A DNA stretch of 64,000 nucleotides from Spirochaetota bacterium (GCA_963663865.1 OY760686.1:352001-416000), one strand, 5' to 3'. Counted from the stretch's first letter, positions 38,782-48,900 are shown. Notes: generated by a model from the letters alone, not told the origin. Numbers and translations are program-made.

Positions 38782-39139
38782 AACAATGAAACATGAGATC
38801 CGCCAGAGGATGGAAAGTTCTTCATGGGACGCTATGATAACATCCTCGGTTTTTTCCCGGAGAGCGGCTTTTAGAAAAAACGTGGCCAGAATCTCGGGAA
38901 TCGGAATCTCCACAGCCGCGGCATTGACGATTGTTTTTTCGAGTATATTTTACAGCAACAATGGGGATACGATTAACTACAGCAGCATGATTTCTGCACA
39001 GATTGAAAAGGTCTTTGATGGGGGATATTCAGAGTCTTTTGCGGAGAAAAAAACATTGGAGTCTGAAACTTCCATTCTTGTCTTTTCCGACGATACTTCA
39101 GGGATAATAGAGGATGCTTTAATCGCAAGAGCGCAGTAG
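38771..39139 (+). CDS. Putative single-TM anti-sigma factor
   Basis: Overlaps the ECF stop; short cytoplasmic N-terminus, TM GIGISTAAALTIVFSSIF, acidic tail. Confidence 0.6.
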   Translation: MNSETMKHEIRQRMESSSWDAMITSSVFSRRAAFRKNVARISGIGISTAAALTIVFSSIFYSNNGDTINYSSMISAQIEKVFDGGYSESFAEKKTLESETSILVFSDDTSGIIEDALIARAQ

Positions 39140-39176
39140 CGGTTAGGTACCCTGTGCATGATGCCGATAAAACATT

Positions 39177-40079
39177 ATGATAATGAAAATGCTTAAACTT
39201 AAGGTTGCATTGACTCTGGTTCTATCGGTGATAGTCATGTCGGGTATAGGTCTCCAGGCCCGGGAGATGTCTGAGGCAGAGATGTTAAAGCATTTGATTG
39301 AAAGAGGATATAATCCTGTTGAGGAAAGTATACCGTCTGAGAAAATATATTACACTGAGGGCGCGCTTTTTTGTACTGGAAGCTCCGAAGCAGCAGTGGC
39401 GAATAATCTTGCCGCTGAACTCATGCTTAAAGGCAATTATGAGGATGCACTGAAGAAGCTTCGGTCTTCAATTAAAAGAGCACCGCTGTTTTATCCATTT
39501 AGGTACAACGCCGGGAAGAGCTGCATTCACCTGTATCTCTATCCCGAATCGGTAATGCACCTGCAAAAGGCCGTTTCACTTGTCCCGGAATACTGGCGAA
39601 CATACATTGAGCTTGGTGATCTTTATGCCCGGATGGGAAGTGAAAACTATGCCATAGACTCCTTTAGAAAGGCTGTCAGCCTGAACAGAAAAGACATGAG
39701 CGCCATTATTAGAATTGGAGATATCTTTTTTAACAGGAATCAGCTGGAAGTTGCCTCGAAATACTATGAATCGGTTTTGGAGCTTGATCCCAGGCATCCT
39801 GACGGGCTTCTGGGAAAGGCAAAGATAATGTACAGGCGTGAAAAGTACTTAAAAGCTCTTAATACAATAAAGGCAATCAGGGAAAAGGGACAGTATGACC
39901 GTTCTCTCCACTTTTATCAAGCGGAATGCCTTTACAACCTCAAAGAATACAGCGGCGCAGCGGATCAGTACGAAAAGTTACTGAGCTTTCCGGGCGACAG
40001 GTTTTTCCTGACAACAGCCGTTTCGCTCATTCGTCACAAGCTCGACATGAGCCGCAGGCTTTCATCCGTTGAGCAGTAA
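39177..40079 (+). CDS. Exported TPR protein
   Basis: Signal peptide and multiple TPR repeats. Confidence 0.8.
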   Translation: MIMKMLKLKVALTLVLSVIVMSGIGLQAREMSEAEMLKHLIERGYNPVEESIPSEKIYYTEGALFCTGSSEAAVANNLAAELMLKGNYEDALKKLRSSIKRAPLFYPFRYNAGKSCIHLYLYPESVMHLQKAVSLVPEYWRTYIELGDLYARMGSENYAIDSFRKAVSLNRKDMSAIIRIGDIFFNRNQLEVASKYYESVLELDPRHPDGLLGKAKIMYRREKYLKALNTIKAIREKGQYDRSLHFYQAECLYNLKEYSGAADQYEKLLSFPGDRFFLTTAVSLIRHKLDMSRRLSSVEQ

Positions 40080-40087
40080 TCGCGATT

Positions 40088-43000
40088 TCAGTCTATTATT
40101 AACCTGGATATCTCAACTTTATATGTGTTATAGACGTTTAAAGTCATTTTTCTGACGTTTTTTATGAGCTCTCTGTCTGTTGAACGCCTCTGAACATACT
40201 TTTCAATTTCTTCGAGCTGTTCGGCGATCCTGATGCCAATATTCTCAAGATCTCTGGAGACGCTTATTGATGAGGACGGGAGAATTCGCCTTTTCAGTCT
40301 TTTCAGCTCGTGTTCAATATTTTCTTCGTATTTTTCTTTTTGCTCTTTGTCCTTAATAAAACTGTTAACCATTGCCTCTGCTTCGTAAAGGAGGTTCGTT
40401 GTGTTCAACACTTCATACCGGGGTAATGGAGGCGAATATGGAAGAAATAAAAGTTCCGAAATTGGCTTCAGTGAATACACTCCGATAATGCTTGCGGAGG
40501 TATCAGGCTGAATAATGGTCTTTTTATCGAGAGGGAGCGACATCGTGTTTGCGAGGCGGTGGTGATTATAGTCTACTATTTCATCTCCAGCAAAGAAAGC
40601 GGTATCAGAGATAAGTTGGAAGGTTATTTCTGCATCTCTGCAGCTAAGCCTGTAGGCCTTTCTCGTTTCAAAATGCTCCAGTATTTCAATAGAAGATACA
40701 ACTGCTCTGAGAGGATCATCGTAATATGTAAGAATTTTAGATTCAGTATAGGCTGAGATTGATCCGCCATTCTTATTGACAATGCCATAAATAGTTGCTT
40801 TCAGATTGAGACTGTCATCAATCTTTTCTGAGGGATATAGATACTGTTTTGAAGAAAAGTTTGTATCAATAATCATCAGAAAGGTTTCCTTCTTCAAAAA
40901 GGTTTCTTCGAAAGCGTCTCTGGATTGAACGTCTTCAGTATCAGGCTGTTCGAATTTTTTAAACAGATTCACAATGAAGGAGTTGATTTCAATCAGATCA
41001 TCAGAGGGCACTTTAGCAATTGCATATGTAATATCTTTAGAAAGACCGTACTCCTGTTTGAGAAGCGAGATGAGGAAAAAGGAATACTCGAGGGATTGGA
41101 GCCCTTCAAGAATTATAAGAATATCCCTCTGAACTGAACGGTTTTTTATCACGAGCATGTCCCGTATCATCTTCAATGCTTCGTTGTCGCCCAGCTTAAT
41201 CAGATACAGACAGGAGTAGATTCTTACGCGGATACTTGAGTCCTTCAGGTACTCTTTAAGGTATCTGATGACGGTACGCTTGTTGAAATCAGCTATTCTG
41301 GTGAGGATTTCACCGATGGCTTTAACGCAGTTTTCCTTCATTTGGGAATCGGAGCTTGCGTGAAAAAAATCGTTGATAGTCTCTATCTCCGTCTCAAGTC
41401 CGCATTTCCCGAGTGCGGTAATTGCTTCAGCTACTATCCGGTTGTCTTTGTTGTTTTCAAGAACCTTCATTATAATCCGAAGAGCATTTGAGCTGTTTCT
41501 TATATCCCTTCCGCCTACAATCTGAATCGCTCTTTCCAGTGCTTCTCCATGAAGTGAAGAATTGGCGTTTATAAACTCAAGCAGGATATTAATGGATCTC
41601 TGGTCTGTGAATATGGAAATGAGATCAAGCGCTCGTTTTGTATCGTCGGGGTCGGGTGTAGAAATAAGAAGCTCAATCTCTCCGAGCATATATGAATAGT
41701 TTAGTTCCGAAAGGGTATTGACAATAGAAGACATTATTTTTTGATCAGGGTATTTTTTAAGATAGTTATAAATGTTGACCAGGGCGGATGCGGCGTCATT
41801 GATTTTTAGTTTTGCTATGATATGCGAAAGCCTGATAATTCTGTCCCTGAGGTAGCGCTTTTCAAAATCAATATCGTCGATCCTTAATGCGGAGTTCTCA
41901 CGTGATTTTCTGTCGTTATCAAAAAGAAGTTCTAAAAGTTTTTCAAGGCTCTTCTTATCTTCCTGTTCGATATGAGGCATGTATTTATTAAGCATTTCGA
42001 TAGTATGCCTTATCGAAGTAGAGTCTTCGCTGTTCAGTACATAAACCAGGTGCTTTTTAATCTCCGGGTTGAGCTTCTCAAGGATGAAAGAGCGTACGAT
42101 TCTAAAGTTCTCAGGAAAGCTCTTTTCAACAACATCTTTTATCATGAACTCGCGTCTGTAAGTCTCGAAATAGGATTCAAGGGTTACAACCATATAGCCG
42201 TAGAGCTTGTCCTTGAGAATATGATTTGTCCTGTTGTCACCCATCTTACCGAAGTACCTGACAAAAATATCCGCCAAAAGTCTGCTGTCATCTGTTGATT
42301 CAAGAGTCATCATTATGAGGGTTCTGAAGAGCTTATCCGGATCTTTTATCTTTTCAATATTCTGATATAGTGTTAAAAGCGTCATGTTAACAAGTTCTCT
42401 GTTGCCTGAAGTAAGAGCTCTTGTTATATAAATGATGGCTTCTCTGTGATTTGTTGTTATCATGCAGGCTATATAGATGTTTTTTGTTCTATTGGAAAAT
42501 ATATCAAATCTGGGGGATGTTTTTCCTAACAAAACTCTTATGTCGAGAATGAGCTTTTCTTCTGACTGTCCGGTCTGACCCTGTAGTGTTGATGAAACTG
42601 AAATCAGGCGTTTGTTTAAATTGTAAAGCGATATCAGCGCATTGTATGACAGAATGTCATTTCCTGATTTTAAAATGTCTTCATAAATAGACACAGTATT
42701 GAAAGAGGATAGGGCCTTAATTGCACAGGACTTAAATGTGTCGGGATATTCATCTGATCCGATAATTCCAAGAAGAAAATCGAGGACTTCGCCGGAACGG
42801 AAGCCAACTTCACGCAGGGCAGTAAAGGCGGAGTCCAGAATAACTGGACTTGTCTGGCCCGGGTCAAGCTTAATAATAAAATCAATGATTTCCGTAATGA
42901 GTTCCGGAGTTCCGAATCTGGAAATATGCCCCATTATAGAAACTGTTTCTGTTTCACACGGGTCTTTTTTGAGAATAGGAACAAGCTTATTTGTTATCTC

Positions 43001-43234
43001 CGGAAGGTCAAAACCTGTTAGAATATTAACCGCGCTTGCTCTGACAGGGCCTGTTTTATGAAGTTCTTTCTCGAGGACCGAGACAGAAGCGTTTGTTTTG
43101 TTCAGAGCCAGTACATTGTGCATAGCTATACGTTCATATGATTGCAGCTTGAAATTCTTGCTGATTTCGAGCTTGATTGTCTGTAAAAAATCCCTGTTTT
43201 GCACTTGAAAACTCCAGTAGTTATTATCATTCAT
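40088..43234 (-). CDS. HEAT-repeat protein with a degenerate class III nucleotidyl-cyclase-like domain and C-terminal coiled coil
   Basis: HEAT motifs (AITALGKCG, LKDSSIRVR); late segment FLMIID...IV.KNGGSI....SKIL.YY.DP..AV..SI. Confidence 0.6.
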   Translation of the reverse strand: MNDNNYWSFQVQNRDFLQTIKLEISKNFKLQSYERIAMHNVLALNKTNASVSVLEKELHKTGPVRASAVNILTGFDLPEITNKLVPILKKDPCETETVSIMGHISRFGTPELITEIIDFIIKLDPGQTSPVILDSAFTALREVGFRSGEVLDFLLGIIGSDEYPDTFKSCAIKALSSFNTVSIYEDILKSGNDILSYNALISLYNLNKRLISVSSTLQGQTGQSEEKLILDIRVLLGKTSPRFDIFSNRTKNIYIACMITTNHREAIIYITRALTSGNRELVNMTLLTLYQNIEKIKDPDKLFRTLIMMTLESTDDSRLLADIFVRYFGKMGDNRTNHILKDKLYGYMVVTLESYFETYRREFMIKDVVEKSFPENFRIVRSFILEKLNPEIKKHLVYVLNSEDSTSIRHTIEMLNKYMPHIEQEDKKSLEKLLELLFDNDRKSRENSALRIDDIDFEKRYLRDRIIRLSHIIAKLKINDAASALVNIYNYLKKYPDQKIMSSIVNTLSELNYSYMLGEIELLISTPDPDDTKRALDLISIFTDQRSINILLEFINANSSLHGEALERAIQIVGGRDIRNSSNALRIIMKVLENNKDNRIVAEAITALGKCGLETEIETINDFFHASSDSQMKENCVKAIGEILTRIADFNKRTVIRYLKEYLKDSSIRVRIYSCLYLIKLGDNEALKMIRDMLVIKNRSVQRDILIILEGLQSLEYSFFLISLLKQEYGLSKDITYAIAKVPSDDLIEINSFIVNLFKKFEQPDTEDVQSRDAFEETFLKKETFLMIIDTNFSSKQYLYPSEKIDDSLNLKATIYGIVNKNGGSISAYTESKILTYYDDPLRAVVSSIEILEHFETRKAYRLSCRDAEITFQLISDTAFFAGDEIVDYNHHRLANTMSLPLDKKTIIQPDTSASIIGVYSLKPISELLFLPYSPPLPRYEVLNTTNLLYEAEAMVNSFIKDKEQKEKYEENIEHELKRLKRRILPSSSISVSRDLENIGIRIAEQLEEIEKYVQRRSTDRELIKNVRKMTLNVYNTYKVEISRLIID

Positions 43235-43449
43235 TTTGAATATAGCATTACTCGAAAAGCAAGAAATTTATTGCAGGAAGAACTATTGACATTGTTAGAA
43301 TAAGTATCAATATATGGCCTGAATTCAATCAGGTGAAAAGCAATTGACTAATACGCTGGAATATGCACTAATACCCTAACTATGCTCTTAATTAGCCCTT
43401 TAGACCTGAGGGTGCGTAAGGGACTAACCATAATGGAAAGCGAGGTTTA

Positions 43450-44685
43450 ATGATGAAAAAAACAGCTGTATTACCGCTTCTACTTGCTGCCGGGCTCATG
43501 GCCGTTTCGTGCGGCGGAGGGAAGCAGGTCAAAGACTCATCAAAGGGGGCTTCGAGTGCGCCTTCAAACAGAGGTCAGGCGACGGGATATGCCACTATCT
43601 ATGATAATGATACTGCACTTGCGAGGGACCGTGCAACTCATGACGCAAAAAACAAACTGGTAATAAAGATTCTGGGTGAAACGGTAAAAGGAACCAGCGT
43701 CATGGAAAACTATGAGCTTGTATCCAACATAGTTGAGGCCAAGTCAGTCGGTCTCGTAAAAAATGATACTATCATCAAACACTGGCAGGAAGGGAATGTC
43801 TATAACGTCACCCTTGAAGGGACTGTTGAGGTAGCGGCCGTAGAAGATGCGATTCAGGATATATTGAATACTTATGGAAGACCCAAGTTCATGGTGCTCA
43901 TTCAGGAGAAGTTTGAGGGTAAAAACAATACACCCGGCATGACAGAGACTGAAATGATTATTCAGGAAATCATGGGAAATTCCGGTTTTGAGTTTGTGGA
44001 CGCCGCTATGACTCAGAGCCTTATCAGCAAAGAGCGCACAAAAATGAACAAAGCCATAAGCGGTAATGTGGATGAAGGTGTCCAGGAGATGCTGCTCAAC
44101 GATGTCGGGGCTGAGGTTATTGTTGTGGGTACTGCGGAAACTATGGATCAATCTTCCGCGATGAGCGCCTATGCGAAGAATATGAAATCGAAATCAGCAA
44201 TCGTTAGACTAAAGGCCATTGATGTTTATACAGGAAAGATTATCGCATCAATAAGCAGAAACGCTCCGGGAATCCACATTGAGAGCACAACCGCGTCAAA
44301 AAAAGCGATAGAAAATGTATTTAAACAGATTCTGGGTAAAACAGATGCCGACAGCGGAGAGTTCAAGATGGGACCCTTCATGTCAACAATTACCAACAAA
44401 TTTGTTAAAGCCGCCAATGAAAGGCAAATCAACGTGCTTATCAGCGGACTTGATTACACAGGACTTAAGGATTTCAGGAATGCCGTTCAGCAGCGTATAA
44501 GAGGAGTCAAATCGGTTAACTCTAAAGGTCAGGCCGGTAAGCTTTCGAAAGTAGAGATATACTTTGCCGGAAAGACAAATGATCTTGCTGATGAGCTTCT
44601 TGCAAAAGCTGAAAATCTCGGTTTTGCAATCAAGGTAAATGAAAGCTATCCTAACAAGCTTATTCTGGATGTAAAAAAGAAGTAG
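43450..44685 (+). CDS. LipL46-like lipoprotein (FlgT N-terminal-like domain)
   Basis: Lipobox MAVSC; G.A.IY..D.ALAR..A..DAK; G.P.F.VL; GAEVI; ~411 aa; resembles Leptospira LipL46 from memory. Confidence 0.7.
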   Translation: MMKKTAVLPLLLAAGLMAVSCGGGKQVKDSSKGASSAPSNRGQATGYATIYDNDTALARDRATHDAKNKLVIKILGETVKGTSVMENYELVSNIVEAKSVGLVKNDTIIKHWQEGNVYNVTLEGTVEVAAVEDAIQDILNTYGRPKFMVLIQEKFEGKNNTPGMTETEMIIQEIMGNSGFEFVDAAMTQSLISKERTKMNKAISGNVDEGVQEMLLNDVGAEVIVVGTAETMDQSSAMSAYAKNMKSKSAIVRLKAIDVYTGKIIASISRNAPGIHIESTTASKKAIENVFKQILGKTDADSGEFKMGPFMSTITNKFVKAANERQINVLISGLDYTGLKDFRNAVQQRIRGVKSVNSKGQAGKLSKVEIYFAGKTNDLADELLAKAENLGFAIKVNESYPNKLILDVKKK

Positions 44686-44702
44686 ATAAAAGGACTATAA
44701 TT

Positions 44703-44731
44703 TGAAGGCCCCGGATTGGCCGGGGCCTTCA
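44703..44731 (+). terminator. GC-rich stem-loop after the LipL46-like gene (terminator or 3' stabiliser)
   Basis: Perfect 12-bp stem TGAAGGCCCCGG-ATTGG-CCGGGGCCTTCA; weak U-tract. Confidence 0.65.
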
Positions 44732-44869
44732 TCATTCCGGACTGAGTTTTCAATGTTTTTGACCCGTACGAAATAGAGACTTGCCTTTGTTTTGATCATG
44801 TGTTATCTTTTTTCCGAACTTTCACAGTGCTTACGATCCAGTGTGAAAAAATGCCGTGGGCAGGTTTAT

Positions 44870-45226
44870 ATGAGGAGAAGAGAAGGGAAAAGGGTTTCGT
44901 TTCATGTTCAGGCCGCTGTTGACTTTTCAGGAAAAAACCTTTTGTGTGAGGTTGGCAATATCAGCACGAGAGGGATGTTTATCCTTTCCAGCGAACGAAT
45001 TCCACTGAACAGCGTTCTTGATATTTCAATTCTTCTTTCCGGTGATACCTCGGTGTCTGAGGTTAATCTCCACGGAATTGTGATAAGAAAGGAGTCAGAA
45101 GGTATCGCTGTTCTTTTTACCCGGACTGATCTTGAAACATTCGTTTTTCTGAAAAACATTGTGGCTTTCAACGAGGATAGCTCTGTTCAGGATCAACAGA
45201 GTCATTTTGATGATATTACAGTGTAG
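44870..45226 (+). CDS. PilZ domain protein (c-di-GMP receptor)
   Basis: Start at MRRREGKRV (RxxxR) and NISTRG (D/NxSxxG). Confidence 0.88.
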   Translation: MRRREGKRVSFHVQAAVDFSGKNLLCEVGNISTRGMFILSSERIPLNSVLDISILLSGDTSVSEVNLHGIVIRKESEGIAVLFTRTDLETFVFLKNIVAFNEDSSVQDQQSHFDDITV

Positions 45227-45253
45227 CAGGCGGTTTTTGATAAAGGGGTATGT

Positions 45254-46177
45254 ATGCTCAGGAGCATGATAGAAGATGTATTCAAAGCTGTTGTCAAAGC
45301 AAATCTTCGTGAAGATAGAGAAGCGATTCCTCACTCAGACGCATTTTTTAAGCGTTACACCGCTTCAACCGGGATAGATCAGGATTCACTTTCACAGATA
45401 ATATCCATTCTGAAAGAATCTCACAAAATACTCGCCTTTGAAATTCAGAAAGAAGATCGCAACAAGAATATGCCAAAGATAGAAGGTTATGTTGATGCTG
45501 ATGTGACCACGGTTAGAAAGCTTCTCGTCTTCTTTCAGACCCTTCTTGTTGATCTCTATGAAGAGGAGTCCGGACGCCGCCAGATGCCTCACCTTGTAAT
45601 AAAAGAGCTTTTCCCCAGAATACACATGATAAGCAATACGCCTCTGGGTCATATCGCCAACAAGGCTATTATGCTCGACGAGTATGAGAAATTGCTTCAG
45701 AAGAACTTCAATGAGTTCAGCGAGGAATGGAAGGAAAAGAAGCTGAAAGTACTTATTGAAGAGCGCGGCGATACTATTAACTCTAACAGGCAGAAGAAAG
45801 AAGCGGAAGCAAGGGCTGAAAGGGAAAAGAGGGAAGAAGAGGAGAAGGAAAAGGAAAAATCAAGGCGGGCTGTTGATTCCGCGCAGTTTAAGGATTACAG
45901 CGACAAGAAGGCCGATCTTCCTGTGGAAAGGCTTTTAAATATTTACGGTGTGGAGTTTTTTTTAAGAGTACATTTGAGAAAATACGACTTTGTAATGATA
46001 AAGGATATCATAGAAAAAGGTATTATCAGAAAAAAGGAAGACCTGCAAATGGTTAAAGCTATGATTCAGAAGATCAGAAACAATGTTGAAAATGATACTG
46101 GAATCACCGATCATCTTTCAGATCTGTACCGTCTCGACCGGGTAGTCTCGCTTTATATGCATTCGTCAGTAAGATGA
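45254..46177 (+). CDS. Hypothetical protein with charged coiled-coil linker
   Basis: 307-aa ORF with RBS AGGGG; no motif recognised. Confidence 0.75.
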   Translation: MLRSMIEDVFKAVVKANLREDREAIPHSDAFFKRYTASTGIDQDSLSQIISILKESHKILAFEIQKEDRNKNMPKIEGYVDADVTTVRKLLVFFQTLLVDLYEEESGRRQMPHLVIKELFPRIHMISNTPLGHIANKAIMLDEYEKLLQKNFNEFSEEWKEKKLKVLIEERGDTINSNRQKKEAEARAEREKREEEEKEKEKSRRAVDSAQFKDYSDKKADLPVERLLNIYGVEFFLRVHLRKYDFVMIKDIIEKGIIRKKEDLQMVKAMIQKIRNNVENDTGITDHLSDLYRLDRVVSLYMHSSVR

Positions 46178-46246
46178 CAGAACATAAGGGTTGCGTGCCT
46201 GCAGCGGTTAATATCCCCCCCAAAAAAAGAATAAAAAGAAAATAAT

Positions 46247-46287
46247 TTGACACAATTGCGGACTGCTGTGATTTCTAACACAGCAGT
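46247..46287 (+). promoter_or_regulatory. lysS promoter region: TTGACA plus an overlapping perfect inverted repeat
   Basis: TTGACA 46247-46252 after an A-rich tract; ACTGCTGTG-N8-CACAGCAGT 46262-46287. Confidence 0.45.
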
Positions 46288-46361
46288 AAAATATTAACTA
46301 AAAGAACGTGAGAACGGATCCGGCATTCTTAACGAACCAGCCTCCGTAATAGATAAGGGAA

Positions 46362-47864
46362 ATGAATATGGAAGACACAAACTCATTGATCAAAATCCGA
46401 ATGGATAAATTAAAAGAGATTCGCGAATCTGGAGTAAATCCATATCCCTACAGGTTTGATGTAACTCATTACTCCGATGTTATAAAAACCAGTTACGAAA
46501 GTCTTTTTGAATCGGCAGAGAGGGTTTCAGTCGCTGGACGTATTATGGCTCATCGGATAATGGGAAAGGCGAGCTTCTGCACGATACAGGACATGAAGGG
46601 AAGAATTCAGCTTTATATTGCGGAAAAAGCGATTGGCCCGGAGATGTATTCTCTATTTAAAAAACTTGATCTCGGTGATATTGTTGGCGTCAGCGGAATA
46701 GTAAAAAAAACACAGGTTGGTGAGATAACCGTCTATATCGACAATCTGACTCTTCTGTGTAAGAACATCAGACCGCTTCCAGTTGTTAAAGAAAAGGATG
46801 GAGAGGTCTTTGACGCGTTTGCAGATACTGAATTGCGTTACCGAAACAGACATGTTGATCTTATTGTAACCCCCGGTGTGAAAGACACCTTTGAAAAGAG
46901 AATCAAGATAATACGGAGCATTAAACGTATTCTTGATTCAAAAAACTTCTATGAGGTTGAGACTCCGGTTCTACAGCCTATATACGGGGGGGCCGCGGCT
47001 TCACCTTTTACAACGCATCATAATGCCCTGGATATGAAGCTGTACATGCGGATTTCTCTCGAGCCGTATCTGAAACGGCTTATTGTAGGGGGCTTCGACC
47101 GTGTCTTTGAGATTGGAAAGTGTTTCAGGAACGAAGGAATTGACAGGACTCACAACCCGGAGTTTACGCTGCTTGAACTATATCAGGCCTATGCTGATTA
47201 TGAGGACATGATGAAACTCACTGAAGAGCTCTTTGAAAAGACCTCACTTGAGATAAATGGTACAACCCGGGTTGTTTTTAACGGAAAAGAAGTGGATATT
47301 AAAACCCCATGGAGACGAATGAAGGTTGTCGATGGTTTGAAGGAATATGCTTCTATTGATGTCGAAACAATGTCTGATTCAGAACTCGCCGGAGCAGTCA
47401 CTGAACATGGCGGGCAGATTAAGGGTGATTTCTCGAGAGGTCTCGCTATTGATGCGCTTTTTCAGCTGCTTGTGGAGGATAAGCTCGATGGGCCGGTTTT
47501 TGTCACGCATCAGCCTGTTGAGACAACTCCTCTGTGTAAGCCGGATTACGAAGATGATCGATATCTCCAGCGTTTTGAGGTCTTTATCGCCGGGACAGAG
47601 TTTGCAAATGCTTACAGTGAGTCAAATGATCCAGTTTTTCAGAGAAAAACCCTTTATGAGCAGTCTCTTCGAAGAGATGTTGATGATGAAGCCCCGCCGA
47701 TGGACGAGAACTTTGTTCAGGCAATTGAAACCGGAATGCCCCCGACAGGAGGGCTTGGTATCGGCGTTGACAGGTTTGTAATGCTTATGACTGGTGAGTC
47801 TTCAATCAGGGATGTCCTGCTGTTTCCTACAATGCGGATTGGGCAGCAGCAATTCGGTGAATGA
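46362..47864 (+). CDS. lysS: Lysine--tRNA ligase, class II
   Basis: OB fold VAGRI...GKASF, GGAAA.PF.THHNAL, FRNEG.D.THNPEFT, RFE, GMPPTGGLGIGVDR. Confidence 0.98.
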   Translation: MNMEDTNSLIKIRMDKLKEIRESGVNPYPYRFDVTHYSDVIKTSYESLFESAERVSVAGRIMAHRIMGKASFCTIQDMKGRIQLYIAEKAIGPEMYSLFKKLDLGDIVGVSGIVKKTQVGEITVYIDNLTLLCKNIRPLPVVKEKDGEVFDAFADTELRYRNRHVDLIVTPGVKDTFEKRIKIIRSIKRILDSKNFYEVETPVLQPIYGGAAASPFTTHHNALDMKLYMRISLEPYLKRLIVGGFDRVFEIGKCFRNEGIDRTHNPEFTLLELYQAYADYEDMMKLTEELFEKTSLEINGTTRVVFNGKEVDIKTPWRRMKVVDGLKEYASIDVETMSDSELAGAVTEHGGQIKGDFSRGLAIDALFQLLVEDKLDGPVFVTHQPVETTPLCKPDYEDDRYLQRFEVFIAGTEFANAYSESNDPVFQRKTLYEQSLRRDVDDEAPPMDENFVQAIETGMPPTGGLGIGVDRFVMLMTGESSIRDVLLFPTMRIGQQQFGE

Positions 47865-47877
47865 AGCTTGAAGTTAT

Positions 47878-48075
47878 TCATGCTTTGAATGAGACGTACT
47901 TTTTTGCTATCTGAAGAATGTCATCATACTCAAGATCCATCTGGTTTACCAGAATGGTGCTTACGAACTCATTCATCTCGTGGGTCTGGCCCGCATTTTT
48001 TAGCGAAGAGATGGTCAGCCCGATAAGGTGTGAAGAAACAGCCATCTCCGGAAGCTTGCATGCTGGTTTTTTCAT
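47878..48075 (-). CDS. Small helical hypothetical protein (65 aa)
   Basis: Strong RBS GGAGGT; pattern KP.CKL...L.G.....LK.AG...E..EF...YD..L.I..KYV. Confidence 0.7.
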   Translation of the reverse strand: MKKPACKLPEMAVSSHLIGLTISSLKNAGQTHEMNEFVSTILVNQMDLEYDDILQIAKKYVSFKA

Positions 48076-48263
48076 GATGTAACCTCCGTTTGGGTGCCGT
48101 GCTTAATCTGGGTAATATGCCCATAAATCAGAAGTATAGTAACCGATATTTCTGATCAGTCAACCATTAATCTTTTGTTTTTATGTGTTTATATAAATTT
48201 GAGTCAAATGTGTTTCTGTGAGCATTCTGTTTCTCCTAACTTATAAGCAGCAGGAGTGAAGAA

Positions 48264-48896
48264 ATGAGAATTGAATTAGAAGAAAATGGACCCTTTCAGG
48301 TAAATACCTATCTTGTGATGAATGAGGAAAGGGGAGAATGCGTTGTAATTGATCCAGGTTTTGCTTTTCCCAGGCTGGTAAAAATAATAGAGGAAGAAAA
48401 GCTTAAGCTTTCTGCGATTATATCGACTCACGGACATATCGACCACATTGAAGGAGTCTCAGCGTTAAAAAAACAGACCGGAGCAGCCTATTACGCGCCT
48501 CTTGGAGACGAGTATCTGATTCGGTCGGCTGGCGAACAGGCGAGGCTTTTTGGTTTAAAGAAGCCGGAAGTGATAATGCCGGATTATGATCTCAAAGACG
48601 GCGATGAATTAAATCTTGCCGGGTTTGAGATAAGGGTGCTTCATACACCGGGGCATTCCAGGGGCTCTGTGTCTCTGGTTATTGGTTCCAACGTGTTTAC
48701 CGGAGATGTTCTATTCATGGACTCAATCGGTAGAACGGACCTGCCTGGCGGGGATTACCATTGTTTGAACCGAACCATAATAGAGAAGCTGTTTTCACTT
48801 GATCCTAAAACCAGGGTATTTCCCGGGCACGGCCCGGCGACAACAATTGGGCGGGAAAAGGAGCACAATCCTTTTTTTAATATGCCGCTGTACTGA
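48264..48896 (+). CDS. MBL-fold metallo-hydrolase (glyoxalase II/YcbL-like)
   Basis: THGHIDHIEG, HTPGHS.GS, FTGDVLF..SIGRTD, VFPGHG..TTIG.E. Confidence 0.92.
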   Translation: MRIELEENGPFQVNTYLVMNEERGECVVIDPGFAFPRLVKIIEEEKLKLSAIISTHGHIDHIEGVSALKKQTGAAYYAPLGDEYLIRSAGEQARLFGLKKPEVIMPDYDLKDGDELNLAGFEIRVLHTPGHSRGSVSLVIGSNVFTGDVLFMDSIGRTDLPGGDYHCLNRTIIEKLFSLDPKTRVFPGHGPATTIGREKEHNPFFNMPLY

Positions 48897-48900
48897 ATAA

